This document shows, one piece after another, positions 59,110-64,000 of a DNA stretch of 64,000 nt; positions within the stretch are counted from its first letter, which is position 1; every line of letters begins with the position of its first letter. The position numbers were made by a program, and so were the translations under genes. Source of the DNA: Pelagomonas calceolata (lineage: Eukaryota); NCBI GenBank assembly GCA_918797485.1, contig CAKKNE010000002.1:1736001-1800000 (forward strand), read 5' to 3'. The notes under the pieces were generated by a model. The model was not told where the DNA came from. It did no database searches and saw nothing but the letters and a program-made list of their open reading frames with translations.

Positions 59110-60573
59110 ATGCGCATCCTCACCTTCATCGCACCGCTGCTCGGCAGCAGGAAGATGACGAAACTCCAGGGCCACGAGGAGGAGGCGCTCGGCGACGCCG
59201 TCGCCTGGTGCGTCGCAAACGGCGGCTGCTACGCGGACCCCAATGATCCCAAGTTGTATGGGCACGCGCCGTTTGCCCTCGAACCATTTCCGTTCCCTCG
59301 TGCTGAGTACGATCGGGTCGTTGCTCTGCAGCCGGCCTTCGGCCGATTGGTTGATTGTGTCGCGCGCGACGCGGCCTGGCTCGAGGAGACGCTCAAGGAG
59401 ACTGCCGCGTCCGACGAGTTTACACGGAAATTACTCGAGTTACGCCGAGAAACCGACGCGAAAGGTCTCAAGCAGACCTGCTCGTTAGGTCTACTCAGGA
59501 GCGACTACATGCTCGACGCCCCCGGTTCGAATGCGGAAGACGGCTCCGGGCGAGCGTTGCAGGTCGAGCTGAACACGATCGCCTCGTCCTTTGGGTGCCT
59601 CTCGACGGTCATTTCCGGTCTGCATTCATATATAGCGCAGAAGTACGAGGGGGCATCAAATGGCGTGTTACCGCCTAATAAAGCCAAGGATGGACTGTGC
59701 GCCGGTCTAGCGGCGGCCCACGCCGAGTTCCTGCGCCAGTTTCCGTCGTCGGACGTACCGAGGCGCGTCGCCATGGTCGTCCAACCGGGCGAGCGGAACC
59801 AGATGGACCAGCGCATGCTCGAGCACGGGCTCTGGGAGGGGCACGGGGTGGATTTGCGGCGCGTCACTTTACTAGATGTCGAAGAGAATGAGGGGAAGTT
59901 GATTTTTGGTGAGGGTGATGATAAATGGGAGGCGTCCGTCGTCTACTTCCGCGCGGGCTACGCGCCCGACGACTATGCGTCGGACAAGGAGTGGCAGGCT
60001 CGCGCTGTTATTGAGGAGTCGAAGGCGATCAAGTGCCCGACGGTCGCCTATCAACTCGCCGGCACGAAGAAGGTGCAACAAGCATTGGCGGCGCCCGGGG
60101 TGATCGAGAAGTGGCTGCCCGACGACGCGGAGTCGTTACGAGGCGTCTTCGCGGGGCTGTATTCTCTAGACGTGGCCGACGGTGCTTCAGTCGACGCCAT
60201 CGTCGCCGAAGCTATTGACAACCCTGCAAAATTCGTGTGCAAGCCGCAGCGCGAGGGCGGCGGCAACAACCTGTACGGCGACGAGCTGAAGGAGAGTTTG
60301 ATGAAGTTCTCTCCCCAAGAACGGGCCGCCTACGTGCTCATGGACCGCATCCAGCCTCCGTCAAAAACGGCGACGCTCGTCCGAGGCGGCGAGTCTATTG
60401 TAGGTGCCTGCGTCTGCGAGCTTGGTATTTATGGGACGATCCTGACGAATGGTGAAGGCGCTACTATCTTCGAGAACACGCCGGGCCATCTGCTGAGGCA
60501 GAAGTCGCTGGGGGTGGACGAGGGCGGCGTCGCCGCGGGCTTCGCGTGCCTGTCGTCGCCGGCACTTGTGTAA
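59110..60573 (+). CDS. GSS: Glutathione synthetase (eukaryotic type)
   Basis: LGLLRSDYML, QVELNTIASSF, VVYFRAGY, KCP..YQLAGTKKVQQ, KPQREGGGNN and EGGVAAG. Confidence 0.95.
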   Translation: MRILTFIAPLLGSRKMTKLQGHEEEALGDAVAWCVANGGCYADPNDPKLYGHAPFALEPFPFPRAEYDRVVALQPAFGRLVDCVARDAAWLEETLKETAASDEFTRKLLELRRETDAKGLKQTCSLGLLRSDYMLDAPGSNAEDGSGRALQVELNTIASSFGCLSTVISGLHSYIAQKYEGASNGVLPPNKAKDGLCAGLAAAHAEFLRQFPSSDVPRRVAMVVQPGERNQMDQRMLEHGLWEGHGVDLRRVTLLDVEENEGKLIFGEGDDKWEASVVYFRAGYAPDDYASDKEWQARAVIEESKAIKCPTVAYQLAGTKKVQQALAAPGVIEKWLPDDAESLRGVFAGLYSLDVADGASVDAIVAEAIDNPAKFVCKPQREGGGNNLYGDELKESLMKFSPQERAAYVLMDRIQPPSKTATLVRGGESIVGACVCELGIYGTILTNGEGATIFENTPGHLLRQKSLGVDEGGVAAGFACLSSPALV

Positions 60574-60590
60574 CTACTAAGCTTATGAAC

Positions 60591-62831
60591 CTAGGCCTTT
60601 TTGGCGAAGAAGCTCATCATGGACGTCTGCTTCTTCCCGTCGGGCTTGCTCTGGAAGAGGTGCTTCGCCGCCTTCGGCGGCTTGGGCTCCTTGGGCTCCT
60701 TGGGCTCCTTGGGCGCCTTCTTCGCCTTGACCTCGACCATGGGCGCGTCGTCCTTGTACTTCTGCTTCGCGGCATCATCCAAAGCACCCCACATCTCGGC
60801 GAGCTTCTTCATGACGGCCTGGTTCGCTTCCTTGGCCGGCAGGTCCGGCTCCGCCGCCGCGACAGCAGCCTTGGCCGCCTCCCGGTTCTGGGCGTTGTGG
60901 TACATGTAGCCGCTCTGCTTCTTCATCTTCGGCTCGCAGTCGTCCTCGGCCGGCTCCGCCTCGCTCTTCATCTTCTCGGCCGTCGCGGCGGCCTTCGCTT
61001 CCTTCTTAGCGCCCTTGGGCGTGCCTCCCGTACTCTTTTTCTTCTTCTTCTTGACCGTGGTCTCCTTCTCGGGCGCCTCGTCCTTCCACTTTTGTTTGTC
61101 GGCGTCGGAGAGCGCCTTCCAGAGCGCGCCGATGCGCGCCAGCACCTCGCGGTTCCGCTCCTGGGGCGTGGCCTCGGCGTCGATCGACGCCTCGACCTCG
61201 GCCTTGACGGCGGCGCGCTTCTGCTGCGAGAAGTAGATGAAGGGGTTCATCTTGCGCATGACGACCTCCGTCTCGACGGGCTCCTCCTCCTCGTCCTTGG
61301 GCGCGGCGGCCTTGGTCTTCTTCGGCTTCGGCGGCGGCGCGTCCTCGAAGTCCTCGTCCGAGGCGTCGCCGGGCGCGTCCTCGTCCTCATCAGACTCCGC
61401 GTCCTCGGACGCGTCCGCCTTCGCGGCCTTGCGCGCCGCCGCGGCCTCGGCCCTCGCTGCGGCCTTCGCGTCCTGCTCCTCGCGCTTCTTCTGGCGCCGC
61501 GCCTCGTCCTCGGCGTCCAGCGCCGCGAAGCGCTCCTTGGCCTTGGCCTCCATCTCGGCGAGGCGCGCGAGCGCGTCGGTCGGCGTGACGACGGGCGCCG
61601 CGGCCGCCGGCGCCGCGGGCGCCGTCTCCACGGCGAGGGCCGGCCGCGCGGCCGCCGGCGCCGGCGCCGGCGCGTCGGGCGCCGGCGGCGCCTCCGCGGC
61701 CTCGGGCTCCGCGAGGACGCGGCGCTCGGCGTCGAGCAGCGACGCGGGCTCGACGGCCATGGGCGCCGGCTCGGCGGCCACGGGCTCGGCCGGCGCCGTC
61801 GGCTCCGCGTCCATCGCGTCCGCGGCGCCGGCGCCGGCACCGAAGGGCTCGGCCGGCGGCGCGGCCGTCGCGTGCTCGCCCGTCGCGACGGTGGTCACCT
61901 TGGCACCCTCCGCGGTCGCTTCCTTCGTGGATTCCGCGGTCGTCGCCTCGCGGTCCAACGCCAGCGGCGGCATGAGCTTCTCGAGCTCGCCTTGTTCCAA
62001 GTCCGCCAACGGCACGTTCGAAAAGGCCTGTTCGGTCACTAATAAAGCCTGGTAGGCCTTGAGTTTGCCCAGCGCGTGCGTGTAGGCCCAGCCGTTCGAC
62101 GTGTCCTCGCCGTGGACGACCTCTAATCTTTTCCCGCAGTACTTGAGCAGCTCCGTGTCGCTCCCGAGCGTCAACGGACTTTGATGATCACAAAGCCGCG
62201 CGCGGTCGGGCCAGTGCGGCAGCGTCAGCCCAATACCCGCCGCGCACCGCTCCAAGACGACCATGACCTTGTCGGTGTGCGTCGCGTTCTTCGTGGCGAG
62301 CACGGGCGACCTCTCGAGCGACGCGAGCCAGGGCGGCCGCCGCAGACCAGGCATGGCCGCCATGACCCTCCGACAGTCGCTCGCGCGGTTCCACTCTCCT
62401 TCTAACCGGCTTCGCGCTTGCTGCGCCGCCTCCCTTTCAGCCTCGGTCAACGACCCCGTCTCGCCGCAGACATTATCCAGGGACGTCGACGCGTCTGCGG
62501 TGAGGCGCGAGCCGCGCGGCACGCGGAAGTGGGCGCAGCGCCGCGCGGGCGCCTCGGCGTCGGCCTCGGCGAGCGCGTCGCGCCGCACGTCGAACAAATC
62601 GGGGGCCGGCTCGCCGGCGAGGCGGCTCGACTTGCGCTCGCCCTCGCGCGGCTCCCAGTCGCGCGGGCGCTTGGGCCGCGGCGCCGCGGCCGGCCGTCTG
62701 AGTTGGGGCACGACGACGCCGAGGCCGCCGCCGAGGCCGAGCGACCGCATGAACGCCTCGTTCCGCGCGATGCGCTCGTCGCGCTCGATCTCGTACTGGG
62801 ACTTGGGGGGCGGGACGTAGTTTGACGACAT
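60591..62831 (-). CDS. Protein with two C-terminal HMG boxes
   Basis: RKMNPFIYFSQQKR...IGALWKALSDADKQKW and KKQSGYMY...LAEMWGALDDAAKQKY; N-terminal YEIERDERIARNEAFMRSLGL helix; PIP-like QTSMMSFF end. Confidence 0.75.
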   Translation of the reverse strand: MSSNYVPPPKSQYEIERDERIARNEAFMRSLGLGGGLGVVVPQLRRPAAAPRPKRPRDWEPREGERKSSRLAGEPAPDLFDVRRDALAEADAEAPARRCAHFRVPRGSRLTADASTSLDNVCGETGSLTEAEREAAQQARSRLEGEWNRASDCRRVMAAMPGLRRPPWLASLERSPVLATKNATHTDKVMVVLERCAAGIGLTLPHWPDRARLCDHQSPLTLGSDTELLKYCGKRLEVVHGEDTSNGWAYTHALGKLKAYQALLVTEQAFSNVPLADLEQGELEKLMPPLALDREATTAESTKEATAEGAKVTTVATGEHATAAPPAEPFGAGAGAADAMDAEPTAPAEPVAAEPAPMAVEPASLLDAERRVLAEPEAAEAPPAPDAPAPAPAAARPALAVETAPAAPAAAAPVVTPTDALARLAEMEAKAKERFAALDAEDEARRQKKREEQDAKAAARAEAAAARKAAKADASEDAESDEDEDAPGDASDEDFEDAPPPKPKKTKAAAPKDEEEEPVETEVVMRKMNPFIYFSQQKRAAVKAEVEASIDAEATPQERNREVLARIGALWKALSDADKQKWKDEAPEKETTVKKKKKKSTGGTPKGAKKEAKAAATAEKMKSEAEPAEDDCEPKMKKQSGYMYHNAQNREAAKAAVAAAEPDLPAKEANQAVMKKLAEMWGALDDAAKQKYKDDAPMVEVKAKKAPKEPKEPKEPKPPKAAKHLFQSKPDGKKQTSMMSFFAKKA

Positions 62832-63198
62832 CTTACTTGGCGATACGGCGCGGCGCGGCGCCCTTAGGCTGTGAGAGGCTTTGGTATTTTTGAGCTTATT
62901 GGCTGCTGCGCGGCGTTTCAGCCAACAATCACGCGCGCAGTGGAAGATACCGACGCGCTGCTGCGTTAAAGCCTGCTGGCTCGTGTGCTATTTGCTGCAC
63001 AGCGGCGTCGCGCGGGCGTTTGGTTTGCCTTGGCTCGCATCCCGCCAATAAGCTGAGCCCCCCCCCGGCCCTCGACCGCATGGACCATTCCCTGGAAGGC
63101 ATTTGGCGTGCAGGTGACGGATCCCCCGATCATGCGTCGCTTCAGGGGCGCTCCCACGCGACGCGCCCCGACGCGACCACAAAAACATATATGGATAC

Positions 63199-64000
63199 TT
63201 ACTTCAGCGAGTTCCCGCTCCCGCTGAAGGCCGCTTTATTGGTTTTGGCCCACTTGTTGGTGGCCGGTCTTCTAAAAGCGGGCTTCTTCTTCGCGGGCGC
63301 GGCTGCCTCCACGGAACCGGACGCGACGGTCTGGCCCGACGACGCCCAGGCCTTGGACTGTTCAGAAGCCGTCGGCGGCTTGGGCATGGCTTCGAGCTGC
63401 GACGCTTGGGTAGCCTTCAGTTCCTTCCCATCTAGGCGTTGCCCACCCCCAGCAAAGGCCTTGAAACTTTCCGTAGGCTTGTTCTCCTCCTCCTCGCGGG
63501 CCTGGGACTTGGCCTTCTGGGGCGCGGGCACGTTCGCCTTCGGGGCCTGGGCTTGAGCCTTGTAGTCGGGCTCTTTATAACCGACAGGCGCGTCGAAGTC
63601 GACGTTACAGTCGCACTCGATGATGCACGCTGCATCTCTTGGCTTCACCTCTTGGACCTCCAGGTAATATCTCCGGTTGTTGTATGGTAAACAAATTTGA
63701 TCACCAACAGTAACGCACGAGAACATCCTTAGTTGTTTCTCTAAGACTGCTCTTGGATTGGAAATGTCCAGAAAGTCGACGTGCTGGGGCTTGAACTTGA
63801 CGAACTTGGCCTTTGGCAGGGAGACGTTTCTTACCGACAGTACTGAACCTTCTTCCAGTAACAGGTTGTTCATCATCCAGTGGGGCAGATACACGTTCCC
63901 TTCCGCGGCCGTGAACTCGAGCACGCCGCAGTGCGTCCGTTTTCCACTCTGGGTCCGTAACTCAAAGAGCATGGGGTAGCTGATCTGTAATCTCGCGAGT
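63199..64000 (-). CDS. UFD1: Ubiquitin fusion degradation protein 1; 5' part lies outside the window
   Basis: YPMLFEL, THCGVLEFTA.EG, FLDISNPRAVLE and VDFDAPVGYKEP; SHP boxes FAGGGQRLDG and FSGSGNSL. Confidence 0.95.
   Translation of the reverse strand, partial: LARLQISYPMLFELRTQSGKRTHCGVLEFTAAEGNVYLPHWMMNNLLLEEGSVLSVRNVSLPKAKFVKFKPQHVDFLDISNPRAVLEKQLRMFSCVTVGDQICLPYNNRRYYLEVQEVKPRDAACIIECDCNVDFDAPVGYKEPDYKAQAQAPKANVPAPQKAKSQAREEEENKPTESFKAFAGGGQRLDGKELKATQASQLEAMPKPPTASEQSKAWASSGQTVASGSVEAAAPAKKKPAFRRPATNKWAKTNKAAFSGSGNSLK

Noticed and set aside
34..63979. Many long antisense or alternate-frame ORFs (e.g. 3835-5277, 6583-7458, 12629-14179, 23016-24608, 60546-62042)
   Set aside because: They overlap recognisable genes, are Arg/Pro/Ala/Gly low-complexity, and are expected from stop-codon scarcity at very high GC.

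Overview
A gene-dense, very GC-rich eukaryotic nuclear region with about 33 protein-coding genes, short introns (several GC-AG), and N-termini resembling stramenopile bipartite plastid-targeting signals. The overall style suggests a pelagophyte-like alga (inference, not proven). Recognisable genes include NDUFA9, a TPT-family transporter, an AP endonuclease fusion, CAF1, a FANCJ/RTEL1-type helicase fused to a U-box, an NCKX exchanger, a GNAT-MsrB fusion, MutS2, H2A.Z, RPL5, two DnaJ proteins, a sodium:solute symporter, an FtsJ-kinase fusion, a PhyH dioxygenase, an ENT transporter, glutathione synthetase, an HMG-box protein and UFD1. The most striking element is a 1040-nt spliceosomal intron (40737-41776) of the solute symporter. 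It holds a packed, same-strand array of nine complete tRNA genes plus an orphan tRNA half. Eight of the nine have U-starting anticodons for A-ending codons. Three carry short introns at non-canonical positions (two in the D-loop, one at the T-loop boundary), each folding into an archaeal-type bulge-helix-bulge whose predicted cuts regenerate a normal tRNA. Also notable are three tandem mosaic DNA/chromatin-binding genes (42877-53647) and introner-like introns with terminal inverted repeats. All family calls come from reading motifs by eye; no searches were run.
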